A stretch of DNA of 64,000 nucleotides from Octopus vulgaris. Taxonomy: Eukaryota. Position 1 is the stretch's first letter; each line of letters opens with the position of its first letter. The translations under genes and the position numbers were made by a program. Location of the stretch: assembly GCA_951406725.2 (NCBI GenBank), contig OX597836.1, positions 5,642,001 to 5,706,000 on the forward strand, written 5' to 3'. Below, piece after piece: positions 1 to 11,894 of the stretch. Under the pieces are notes generated by a model. The model searched no databases, was not told the DNA's origin, and was given only the letters and a program-made list of their open reading frames with translations.

Positions 1-16
1 TATACATATATCTATG

Positions 17-68
<52 letters not shown>

Positions 69-75
69 AATATAT

Positions 76-136
<61 letters not shown>

Positions 137-146
137 TGTATAGGAA

Positions 147-185
<39 letters not shown>

Positions 186-669
186 TGCTTATATTCCTAA
201 CCATACATGCCAATATGCAATTACACATATATACATTACATACATTCTTCTCTGAATGCGTCTGTTTATATTTTCTCAGTCCTGCAGTCTGCATCTTCCA
301 CAATAGAATGCACACATGCACTGCACCAGACGACAATGCACTCAAAGAACCTATTGCATCCGTTTCTTCTGCTGCAACACAATTATGCACCAATAGTCTT
401 TTTACTGCTGCACTATCAAATGCAACATGCCAACGTTAATGTATCGCCGTTGCATTCGTCTCTTTGATCTCCATTCCGCGTTGTCATGCTCGCTGCACTC
501 TCGGTGCAGCTGGCCTTTGTACTGCAATACATAATGCACAAGTGTAATGCTTTATCACGCCAGCATTTTTGTATTTTCTGTGCGTTTTACTAAATATTGC
601 AAAACGCTGCACTTGCTGATGCGCGCGCGCTGGCTGCTTCTCTCATCTGTTACTCACTGGACAGCGGCT

Positions 670-999
670 GATGATTATGATGATGATGATGACGACGATA
701 ATGATGATGATGGTGATGGTGATGATGATGGTGATGATGATGATGATGGTGATGATGATGACGACGATGATGATGATGATGGTGATGGTGATGATGATGG
801 TGATGATGATGATGGTGATGATGATGACGACGACGACGATGACGATGATGATGATGATGGTATTGATTGTCGTGATGATGATGATGATGAAGTTGATGAT
901 GATGTTGGTGGTGGTGGTGGTGATGATGCTGATTATGATGATGATGATGGTGGTGATGATGACGACGACGACGACGATGATGATGATGATGATTGTGAC

Positions 1000-1035
<36 letters not shown>

Positions 1036-1062
1036 CATCATCATCATCATCATCATCATCAT
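670..1062. repeat. (GAT/GAC/GGT)n trinucleotide tract switching to (CAT)n
   Basis: Directly visible; produces the poly-Asp/His and poly-Met/Ile pseudo-ORFs. Confidence 0.95.
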
Positions 1063-1319
1063 TTCATTCACTTGCCACAAGAGCAAAGGATGAGGGTGTC
1101 AATAGAAAGACAGACATAAAGTGTCGGGGTTTATCTATAATGAAATGATAAAGAAAAAATCTCAATGTACAGAGAGTTCTCTGAGGGCAAGGCTGCTTCT
1201 CCGCTCTCACAGGATCTGCCAGAACAAACCAAGATCGAGCGTTCTGAGAACTAAAAACAATGAAAAAACAACAACAACGATAATAAATAATTTTCTTCAT
1301 TAGCTAGAGGGGCCCCTTT

Positions 1320-1535
1320 CTAGTAAGGGCACAAGGCCTAAAGTTTTTGTGAGAGGGGGGGGGGGGGCTAGTCGATTTCATCGACCCCCAGCACTGAACT
1401 GGTAATTATTCCATCCATTGCGAAAGAATAAATAGCAAAGTAGACCTCGGTTGAATTTGTACTCAGTACGTAAAACCGAAATAAATGTCGCAAAGCATTT
1501 TGACCGGAGCACTGACGACTCTGCCAGCTCACGGC
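1320..1535 (-). mobile_element. SINE family A, degenerate monomer
   Basis: Reverse complement matches the family A head (gagctggcagagtcg), B-box-like segment and tail (ggccttgtgcc) seen at 11895 and 55962. Confidence 0.7.
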
Positions 1536-1537
1536 TT

Positions 1538-1584
<47 letters not shown>

Positions 1585-1614
1585 GTACAACTACTACTAC
1601 TGCAGCTACTACTA

Positions 1615-1646
<32 letters not shown>

Positions 1647-1797
1647 ACTACTACTACAGCTACTACTACTACTACTACTATTACTACTACTACTATTACT
1701 ACTACTACTAGTACTACTACTACTAGTACTACTACTACTACTACTACTACTACTAATACTGCTACTACTAGTACTAGTACAACTACTACTACTGCAG

Positions 1798-1834
<37 letters not shown>

Positions 1835-1849
1835 CACTACTACTACTAT

Positions 1850-1883
<34 letters not shown>

Positions 1884-1994
1884 GCTACTACTACTACTAT
1901 ATCACTACTGCTGCTGCTGCTGCAACTACTGCTACTAGTACTACTACTGCTACTACTATTACTACTGCTGCTGCTGCTGCTGCTGCAACTACTG

Positions 1995-2025
<31 letters not shown>

Positions 2026-2054
2026 CACTACTACCACTATTGCTACTACTACTA

Positions 2055-2104
<50 letters not shown>

Positions 2105-2116
2105 ACCACTACTACA
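1538..2116. repeat. (TAC)n/(TGC)n compound microsatellite
   Basis: Directly visible. Confidence 0.95.
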
Positions 2117-3128
2117 GCCATAATAACATATAACCGTTTTAGTATCATTTAGCTACGTAACAAAATGTCTGCCGCGACAAACTTTCAAAGTTGCAATTTC
2201 TAAATTTAGAACGCAATCACTTGACAATTGATTCTCACATTCTAAATTTAATTTGTCTCTCGGACGATCAGGAATATCCAAAGATGATGTTCAGACTTTT
2301 AACTTGTTAAGTTTTCTCATAATTACCGTCTGGACCAAAACCGACAGACGTGGTATTTTGTCTGCAACGTAGTTAATGACCGGCCAACCGGTAGCAGCAG
2401 CGGTAGCGGCAGCAGTATCAGACGTCTTGTTAGAGAAAGTGGAAATATTAAATATTAAATGCTCCCTGTATATCCATATGTGCACGCTTATTCGTACTCG
2501 AACATGCATATATATATATATATATGTATATATATATGTATATGTGTGTGTGTGTGTGTGTGCGTGTGTATGTATGAATGTATGTATATATAAGCAGATG
2601 TATCCATACATACATAAACAATTGCATACATACGCATGTACATACATACGTACATGAATACATACATGCATATATATGTATGTATGCACATATATATATA
2701 TATAGATAGATAGATACATACATACATACATACATACATACATACATACATGCATACATATACACACACTCACACATACACACGCACACATATATGTATA
2801 TATATGAAGAAATACGTAAATGCTCTTACACATGTATGTATGTTATACTTTTGTGTGGTGCGTGTATTTGTGTCTGTGTGCGTGTGTGGGGGGTGGTGTT
2901 CTATCTGTCTGTCTGTGCGTTCGCGCGTGCACGTCTGTATATTGAACCATCGATCCCAAGGTGAAGAAAGTTATGGCAGACGACTTAATTTATAGTGTTA
3001 AGGTTTTTCATATTCTCGCTTCATGATTCAATTAAGCATATAAAGTTCATGTGTGTGTGTGAGTGTGTGTGTCTGTGTGAGTGTGTGTGAGTGTGTGTGC
3101 GTATTATGTACGAATGTATGTATGAATC

Positions 3129-3338
3129 CGTAGTTCAAAATTGTTTAAAAAGACAACACACCAGAAGTAAATGACAGAGACAGGTGATGGAAAAACAAGT
3201 AAGGTTTGACGCTCAAGAAAGATACAAGAAATGTTTGACGTTTCGAACCTGCGCCCTTCTACAGGCAGGAGAGATAACAGATGGAGAAAGGGAGGAGAAA
3301 GCCACAGGGAGAAAATAACATGGGGATTAACGGTAGCA
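3129..3338 (-). mobile_element. Non-autonomous repeat family E, Penelope-like, with hammerhead-like core
   Basis: Similar to 7700-7902 and 10261-10452; minus strand 3237-3264 reads CTGTAGA-A-GGGC-GCAG-GTTC-GAAA-CGTC. Confidence 0.6.
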
Positions 3339-3590
3339 TATATATATATATATATATATCCATACACACACGCACACACACACAGACACATATATAATGT
3401 TAATTCGAGGAGGTTATATCCTCGTTGGGGATTATATAATCCAAGGTATCCCACTGGTTAATCCCTATCATATAAAGCGAAAGTCACTGGTATATATTAG
3501 GGATTATTGAAATTACATATAATCAATACTGAAGGAAAAAGAAAATAGAGGCAAAATGGAGGTATGAATAATTTATTTGAATGTTGTAAA

Positions 3591-3696
3591 ATGATGAAAG
3601 TCGGCCTCGGTGGAATTTGAATCAGAACGTAAAGACAGACGAAATATCGCTAAATATTTCGCCCGGCGTTCTAAAGACTCCGCCAGCTCGCCGCCT
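3591..3696 (-). mobile_element. SINE family A, 5' fragment
   Basis: Plus strand ends ...gccagctcgccgcc, the reverse complement of the family A head. Confidence 0.75.
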
Positions 3697-3728
3697 TCCA
3701 CCACTATCACTACCGGCATTAGACTGGC

Positions 3729-4062
3729 TGGGGACTCCGTCGGTTACGACGACGAGTGTGCCAGTTGATCATCAATGGAACAGTCTGCTCGTGAAATTAA
3801 AGTGCGAGTGGCTGAGTACTCCGCAAATTCGTTACGACCTTAACGGGGTTCTCGGGGAGATTCAGCATAACACAGAATGTGGAAAAGGCCGACCCTTTGA
3901 AATACAGGTACAACTCATTGTTGCCAGTTGAGTGGATTGGAGCAAGGTGAAATAAAGTGTCTTGCTGAAGGACACAACGCGCCTCCCCCACCCCCCCGGG
4001 AATCGAACACACAACCTTACGATCGTGAACCGAACACACTAACCACTAAACGCCGCGCCTTC
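3729..4062 (-). mobile_element. SINE family D (tRNA head, gcaagacactttatttcac central block, tail gtcgtaaccgacggagt)
   Basis: Minus strand has A-box-like (tagtggttag) and B-box (gttcgattcc); homologous to 14442-14753 and 62228-62550. Confidence 0.85.
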
Positions 4063-4649
4063 ACTACCGCCATAGTTAAGACCGCAACTACAACGCCCAC
4101 CGCCACCATCCTCGCCTCCACCACCATCCCCAACCACCGCCGCCACCACCACCACCACCACCACCACCATCAACATCAGTAACAGCATCACCAGCAGAAC
4201 CAATACTACTAAAGCCAACGTCGCTGCCGTTGCCATCACCACCCCCATCACCACCACACGCGCTGTCCCCATTCCACGCCCATACCCCACCCCACCCCCC
4301 AAAATGATACCAATTTTCAATTGACCATTTAGTGGATTGTCTTAATGATAAATGAAATGTCCAAACTATGACGAGCTCACGTCAGACTTGGACACCGTAT
4401 AATTAAGACCAATTAGTGTCATTAGACGATTATTAGAAAGAAAAGACGCCTGCTGAACGTTGCTGAAAATCTATATCGCTACTTTATTTATCCAAATCAA
4501 AACTGGGCGATCCGAGTTCGATATCTCCGCTGCGATGTTCTTGAAATTGTTTCTCTTCCTTTTTTTTTTTTGAAGCCAAAGGAACAGTTTCTACATCAGA
4601 CGGAACTCTTCGAATGGCACTGTGGAAGAATTACTTTGAATGAAAACCT

Positions 4650-5030
4650 TTTCTATTAAAGGAAGAACGCCTGAAATTTGCTGGGAGGGGAAAGTCGACA
4701 CCAGTACTTCACTGGTACTTAACTTATCGACCCCACAAAGGATGAAAAGGCATAGTCGCCATCGGTGGAATTTGAACTCGGAACATAGCGGCAGACGAAA
4801 TACCTATTTGTTTACTACCCACAAGGGGCTAAACACAGAAGGGACAAACAAGGACAGACAAACGGATTAAGTTGATTATATCAACCCCAGTGCATAACTG
4901 GTACTTATTTAATCAACCCCGAAAGGATAAAAGGCAAAGTCGACCTCGGCGGAATTTGAACTCAGAACATAACGGCAGACGAAATACCGTTAAGCATTTT
5001 GCTCTGCATGCTGGACTCTGCCAGATTGAT
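4650..5030 (-). mobile_element. SINE family A, dimeric form
   Basis: Two copies of aggatgaaaggcaaagtcgacctcggcggaatttgaactc about 182 bp apart, joined via gaaatacctattt. Confidence 0.85.
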
Positions 5031-5036
5031 GCCTTA

Positions 5037-5080
<44 letters not shown>

Positions 5081-5084
5081 CCTT

Positions 5085-5287
5085 TCAACTATAGGCACAA
5101 GGCCTGCAATTTGCGGGGAGGAGACTTGTCGATTGCACCAACTCCAGTACTCAACTAGTACTTAATTTATTGACCCCCGAAAGGATGAAAGGCAAAATTG
5201 ACCACGGCGGAATTTGAACTCAGAACATAACGGCAGACGAAATACCGCTAAGCATTTTGCCGGGCGCGCTAACGATTCAGCCAGCTT
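5085..5287 (-). mobile_element. SINE family A monomer
   Basis: Same head, core and tail as the other family A copies. Confidence 0.85.
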
Positions 5288-5334
5288 ATGAAAACATATT
5301 GTCCATGCTTGGGGTACATTGGTGTGCACTCTTT

Positions 5335-5480
5335 TGAAAATAGCAGCCAAATTACCCTCATTTCACACTCTGCTGTCCTATATAAAGAAGACGCATATGA
5401 GAAGCAATTAAAAGAGATGGTCACAGCTGGAACGCATTTCACAACACATTTCCTCAACCAAGACTGACCTGGGCGTAAGC
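5335..5480 (+). repeat. Unclassified interspersed repeat family F
   Basis: Motif ctagaaa(t/c)a(g/a)cagccaaat...cacac recurs at about 5533, 53866 (+) and 52575-52740 (-). Confidence 0.55.
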
Positions 5481-5689
5481 GTAAACTACAACAACATTAT
5501 CAACACCAGGCGGCAATAAGGTCGCCCGACTTGCTAGAAATAACAGCCAAATCTCACTGAAATCACACATGGATGGTTGGAAAAAATTGAGAGTCTACGT
5601 CAGAACACGAAAGACGGAGCTGTCGAGATTGTCATGGTTGGAACCTCATGCTACAAAGAAAGGAATGGAAGGATGCTTTTATCGTTTAC

Positions 5690-5900
5690 CCCTTATTTGT
5701 TTTAGTATATTAGACTGCGCCCATGCTGGAGCAGCCGCTTGAAGGTATTTAGTCGAACAAAACAGTCCCATGACTTATAGTTTCAAAAATTCTGTTATTT
5801 ATTCTATTGATGGCTTTTGCCGAACCGCTAAGTTAAGGGAATATAGACAAACCATTACTGGTCGTCATGCGGTGAGGGATGGCAAACGCTGATAGAACAC
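5690..5900 (-). mobile_element. SINE family B, 3' half
   Basis: ccatgctggagca...gccgaaccgctaagtta matches the family B 3' module. Confidence 0.75.
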
Positions 5901-6367
5901 GGAAAGAGGGGGAGGGAGAGAGAGAGATGGAGAGACAAACAGACAGACAGAGACAGAGAAAGTGTGAGAGAGATAGACAGACATAAACAGACAGAGAAAG
6001 CGATATAGAGACAGAGACAGAAACAGAGAAAGTAAGAGAGCGAGAGAGAGAGAGAGAGAGTAAGACAAACAGACAGACAAACAAAATGGCATGGAGAGAG
6101 AGAGAAAGAGAGAGACAGACAGACAGATAGAGAGAAACAGACAGAGAAAGAGACAGGGAAAGTGAGAGAGAGACAGAGATAGATACTTTTTTTTACTCTT
6201 TTACTTGTTCTAGTCATTTGAATGCGGCCATGCTGGAGCACCACCTTTAGTCGAACAAAACATCTATCGGACTTATATACAAGACAGGCTCCACACACTC
6301 ACTCACTTAAGCACACATGCACACACGCACGCGTGCAAACACACACACGCGCACGCACACGCACACA

Positions 6368-6402
<35 letters not shown>

Positions 6403-7621
6403 ACCCACGAACGCGTTTACATCCACGATTGCAAATCGACTCAAAACGTGAATTAAATATATTTAAGGGACATTACTCTATTATTTTGTAACTAGAGTTG
6501 TCTCCCATAGAAATTCGCACACGTTATCATCCTTCGTTATTTGCAACATTTTAGATAATATAAACAAACTCTAAGACGAATATATACCCAAACCTCGATA
6601 TTAACCAAATGGAAGTATAGACAGCTGTACAAGTTATATTTTTCTTTATAAATAGCGTCGCCATTTCTAATGCTGTGTTCACCATTACGAACTGCTAGAC
6701 AGTTCGCTCTGTCTTGTACTTCTTCAAATTATAATTTATTGGTATTTATTATTCAGAAGACAATTAGTTCGTTCATAGCAAAAGTTTCGGCTTTAAACAA
6801 AGTAAATTAATTATTGTTTTATGATAATTTTGTCTGATTTGTTTGTTCTAAAAGTCATATTCAATCCTCTGCTGTCTTCGAACGGTTCTGCCGCAGCACC
6901 AAGGACGCGCTTTGCAGTTTCCAATTTCATGTGAAGGGACGGGCCTTCCCTTTTACCACGCATTCCTTAGAGAAAATAGTGGGAGAGAGAAGGAGAGAAA
7001 GGGGAATAGAGGGAGATGGATGGAGGAAGAGAGTGAGAGAAAGAGAGACAGACAAACTGACAAACTGATAGACAGACAGAGATCCAGAGAAAATGACAGA
7101 CGTACAAACAGCCTGATAGAGATACTTAGCTATAATTCTTTAATTAAGGGATTTTAACAGGACTTCAATTATATTAGGGATCAGTTTATTCAGATCAAAT
7201 GAATTGTTTTTAATAACATAGTTTTTAGATGTCTCTTGAGATATCAGAATCGATTGAGTTAATAAATGATAGGTAAGTTGTTTTTTTTAGTACTTTCAGC
7301 CATCAAATCCCGCCAGAATCGATTTTTACCAATCATCTTATCTTTTGCGATCGTTAAAATAGAGAACAGGGGACTCGTTTCATGGGACAACGTACTGTTT
7401 TCCCTAAATCTCCAGTCGTTATCTGCCGGGGTTGAAAAAACTTCGGATTTTTTTTCTTACACATATGCAAAAGCAAACGCACACACTCACAGAGATAATG
7501 CAGGCACACACACAGAGATAATGTTTTTATACACACACATATACACACATATATATATTAGTGGCATATTTCAACTGCTAAAAGGTAAATAGCCTGAAGT
7601 TACCGTGGAGTTCATCATATA

Positions 7622-7699
<78 letters not shown>

Positions 7700-7902
7700 C
7701 CAATTTTACAAGCAACAAAAGACTAAGACAAGTGAGGGAACAGCAAGCAGGTGTTTTAGTTTAACAATCATGGAGAATGAAAAAGTTTTTGGCGTTTCGA
7801 GCATTCGCTCTTCGACAGAAAGGACTGAGAAGAAAATAAAGTGGAGTGAATGAAAGAAAAAATCCGGATGGAGAGAAAAATCTGTAGGAATTAACGGTTC
7901 TC
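7700..7902 (-). mobile_element. Repeat family E with hammerhead-like core
   Basis: Minus strand 7791-7818 reads CTGTCGA-A-GAGC-GAAT-GCTC-GAAA-CGCC. Confidence 0.6.
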
Positions 7903-8632
7903 ACGATCGTACTCTTTCGGTCATTACCCAAATTTTCATGAGCATAAACGATGAAAGGCATGGAAACCGAAACGAAAATTCTTCTGACGTTCAGATGCTC
8001 GTGAAAGCTCATTATTGTGCACGGACCTGCAATTCTAGCATCTAATTCAATCTATCGCTTCCCATCACACTTGAATACGGTCCCCGAGATAATTAAGCTT
8101 CACTCGTCTCAAAGATGCTCCACTAACATGCAGAGTACACTGGGAAGATTTCTTGAGAATACCAAAGTTTTGGTCTTCGCAACACTGATTCTCATGCTTG
8201 CCTTGCAGCTCTTATGAACCAAGTAGCACCATGTTGCCTGAAAATATCCATCGACCAATCCTACATCCGCCGATTGTGAAACCACTTCTACAACATTTGC
8301 GCATGTTAAGAGAGTTTATATCGAAATATAAAAAGGAGAGGTGACAATAAGCACCCCTGGCATTGTACAACATCGAGGTCGTAAGGATTTGATTTAGCAC
8401 CATGTTCCTGGACACAAAGATCTGGGTATTTGTATAAAAACTTCATGGCAACGCCAGTCAATCACAAATTTCTGAAGTAAACCTCCACGACATGCTTCGT
8501 AACACGCAATCTTATACATTCTCCAGGCTTACAAAGAAAGTATACATTTCTTGGCAATATTTCCGCGCTTTCTCGAAGATCTGCGTGGAGTGAATGTCTG
8601 GTCAGATGGGCTGCGTCTAGAACGGACGACAC
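7900..8632 (-). mobile_element. Decayed RTE-clade (Expander-like) LINE reverse transcriptase fragment
   Basis: Frameshifted minus-strand translation gives motifs in the expected order: SDQTFT..QIFEK, QGCLLSPLLF, WIFSGNMVLLGS (degenerate LLFADDxVLL), MRISVAKTK, NYLG, YAHE-WVMTERVRS. Confidence 0.85.
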
Positions 8633-8665
8633 ACAGTTTCTCACACACGCAAACACACACACACA

Positions 8666-8746
<81 letters not shown>

Positions 8747-8769
8747 GCACACATACACACACACAATGT

Positions 8770-9106
8770 GAAGGCGCATGGCTCAATGGCTAGAGCGTCG
8801 GGTACACATTCAAGAGGTTATGAGTTCGATTCCCGGACCGGGCTGTGTGTTGTGTTCTTGAGCAAGACACTTTATTTCACATTGCTCCAGTTCAACCAGC
8901 TGTAGAAATGAGTTGCGACGTCACTGGTGCCAAGCTGTATCGGCCCCTTTGCCTTCCTCTCGGATAACATAGATACCATGGAGACGAGAGGCTGGCATGC
9001 ATGGGCGACCGTTGGTCTTCCATAAACAACATTGCCTGGACTCGTGCCTCGGAGTGTAATTTTCTAGGAGCAATTTCATGGCCATTCATGACCGAAGGGG
9101 CTCTTT
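8770..9106 (+). mobile_element. SINE family C, full length
   Basis: tRNA-like head (tggctcaatggctagagcg...gttcgattcc), central gagcaagacactttatttcac, tail catgaccgaagggg; matches 31017 and 48099. Confidence 0.9.
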
Positions 9107-9147
9107 ATTTTACATAAACGTATGTGTGTGTTTGTGTTTGTGTGTGT

Positions 9148-9183
<36 letters not shown>

Positions 9184-9648
9184 GTGTGTGCGCGCATATG
9201 TATGTATATATAATGTAGGTAAAGGTATAGATACAAACATGTGCACCTTCTTTTTCTCTATGTATGAGTGTGTGCGTACAGCCATTTCTCGGTTGACTAT
9301 GAAAATTGATTCTTAAAAACACAGCGTTAAATGAGACAACGCAACGCGAAGTCATCATCGCAAGACAGAAACCGAAATGATAACGAGCCTGATAGTTTAC
9401 GAAGAACAATGACACGAGCACACATAAATGCGATAGCAATCGCCAAACAAGTGGAAAACACCGAAGTTCGTTGACACACATTCTCTGAACACTTAATGCT
9501 TTTAGATGACCTCAAATACTGTGATGTTTCGTATCTGGATATTAAGATACGATGAAATGGAAATAGAAAAAAAAAAGACATTTCACCACTCTTTTTTTAC
9601 TATGCCAGAATATTCATATCCGCATGAATATTTAAACACATGTTTGAG

Positions 9649-9714
<66 letters not shown>

Positions 9715-9780
9715 TGTGCGTGTGTGTGTGTGTGTCTGTGTGCATTATATAGTATATATGTATGTATGTATATGTATATG

Positions 9781-9915
9781 TAGGTGTGGCTGTGTGGTAA
9801 GAAGCTTGCTTTCTAACCAGTGGTGACACTTTCGGCAGTTAACTTCTACTACAGCCTCAGACCGACCAAAACCTTTTGAGTGGATTTGGTCGACGGAAAC
9901 TGAAAGAAGCCTGTC

Positions 9916-10008
<93 letters not shown>

Positions 10009-10012
10009 TGTG

Positions 10013-10053
<41 letters not shown>

Positions 10054-10247
10054 TGTGTGTGCGTGTGTGTGTGTGTCTTTATGTACCTGTAATTTAACGG
10101 TTTGGCAAAAGAGACCGATAGAATGAGTACTAGGCTTACAAAGCCTAGTACTTATTCTATAGTCCTGGTGTCAATTTGTTCGATTAAAGGCGGTGCTCTA
10201 GCATGGACGCAGTCAAACTGACTGAAAGAATTCAAAAACATAAAAGA
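9781..10247 (+). mobile_element. SINE family B with internal (TA)n(TG)n microsatellite
   Basis: Head gtggctgtgtggtaag, 5' module ending gaaagaagcctgtcg, microsatellite, 3' module ending gcagtcaaactgactgaaa. Confidence 0.85.
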
Positions 10248-10260
10248 ACATACATACATA

Positions 10261-10452
10261 CGTAGTTGAAATTTATAGAAAAACAAAAGACGAAGACAGG
10301 TGTAGGAACAACAAGAAGGTGTATTAGTTTGATGCTCGAGAAAAATAAAAATGTTCTTTACATTTCGAGCCTACGCTCTTCGACAGAAAGGGATAAGAGG
10401 AAATAAACACGGAGAGAATAAAAAAAAAGTTGTAGATTTCAGCGGTCCAACG
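10261..10452 (-). mobile_element. Repeat family E with hammerhead-like core
   Basis: Minus strand 10359-10386 reads CTGTCGA-A-GAGC-GTAG-GCTC-GAAA-TGTA. Confidence 0.6.
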
Positions 10453-10519
10453 TACAAACACACACACACATGCACGCACACACGCACACACACACACACA
10501 CACACGCACGCACACACAT

Positions 10520-10575
<56 letters not shown>

Positions 10576-10906
10576 CAATATATGTATGTGTATATATATG
10601 TGTGTGCGTGTGTTTATATATATATATATATGTATGTGTATACATATATGTGTATGTATATATATATATATACATGTGTGTGTATGTATATATATATATA
10701 TATATGCGGCTGTACATATACAGACAGGCATATGTATGTATATATACACACACATACCCTATACACTCGAAGGTTTTTCACTCGTCTATCTGAATATTTT
10801 CGAAATGAATAAACATACAAATTAACAAATATATATAAATATATGCGAAACAACTAAGATCTCCTTTCAGTATACACAATACCAAACAGCAATAATAATA
10901 ATAATG

Positions 10907-10969
<63 letters not shown>

Positions 10970-11073
10970 GATAGACAAATAAATAAAGGAAACGTATACG
11001 AAATTAGTCATAAACAGAAATCAATGAGAAGTTTAAGTTAAATAAACCAGCATAGTTCATACAATACTCCAAT

Positions 11074-11305
11074 GAAGTCTTCGACAACGCAATCAAAGAA
11101 TTGTCGAATCCTAAAGCCGCAGGTTGTGATGGCATCTTCTGTGAAGTTTTGTAAATCGTGCAAACTACGCGACTAGATTCCTTGATAATCTCTGTGGAAG
11201 TGGTCGACGCAATCTAGCGAAAGAGAAAAGTCATGTAAGAATTTAAAGAATGGAGCTATCATCTTTATCTGTCCAATCGCAAACACTGTTGCAGTAAGTC
11301 TTGCG
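11074..11305 (+). mobile_element. Decayed non-LTR retrotransposon RT fragment
   Basis: 11074-11154 translates EVFDNAIKELSNPKAAGCDGIFCEVL*, matching the KAPGxDGIxxE motif that precedes non-LTR RT domains. Confidence 0.6.
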
Positions 11306-11894
11306 GCAATGAGCGAGCGAGTTAGAGAGAGTGGGGGAGAGAAGGAGAGAGGGAGAGGATAGGAGAGAAAGGGGAGAATGAGAGAGAGAGTCAAACAGAC
11401 AGATAGACAGACAGGACGAGAGAGGGAGGAGGAAAAGTGAGGCGGGAAGGTGAGAGAGATAATGACAGGAAGTATCTTTTTCTTCTATCAATGTCTAGAA
11501 AAATATTAAAACTCATGTAATATTGATGCGACTAAAAGAGATTTCGGATAAAGGATATCTGGCAGGAACAAAAAAAAAAAGAAGAAAAACGAAAAGAAAC
11601 AATAAAACGTAAATGAAAAGCAAATAATTACGACTCTGATGTTCTGTCTTAATGAGCGGAGTTATTTCCAATCGTGGATGATACACGGTTTGGCTTTTTA
11701 GATATAAGAGGTAAATGTCTCTCATGCACGATTATTTTCCCTCTGTATTGCTCTCCTTCTCCCCTCTTTACCAGATTCAGTAGAGAAGCAGTTAAGGTGC
11801 TTGGCATAGGAAAAGTTAGGTTCAAATGTCGGCAAGCTTTCTGTTGTCTCCATCGATAAGTTTATTGTTCTATTATTATTTTGTCTTAAATGCA

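Noticed and set aside
547-1119. 190-aa Asp/His-rich ORF
   Set aside because: It is a (GAT)n/(CAT)n microsatellite read-through with no recognisable domain or splice context.
1485-2123. Thr-rich mucin-like ORF
   Set aside because: It begins inside an antisense SINE and uses monotone ACT codons from a (TAC)n tract.
7229-7272. Possible 44-nt exon ending AG|GTAAGT
   Set aside because: The pyrimidine tract is weak, and such donor hexamers are expected many times by chance in 64 kb.
8770-8845. SINE heads as functional tRNA genes (also 31017 and 48365-48437)
   Set aside because: They lack a 3' acceptor strand and continue into SINE bodies.
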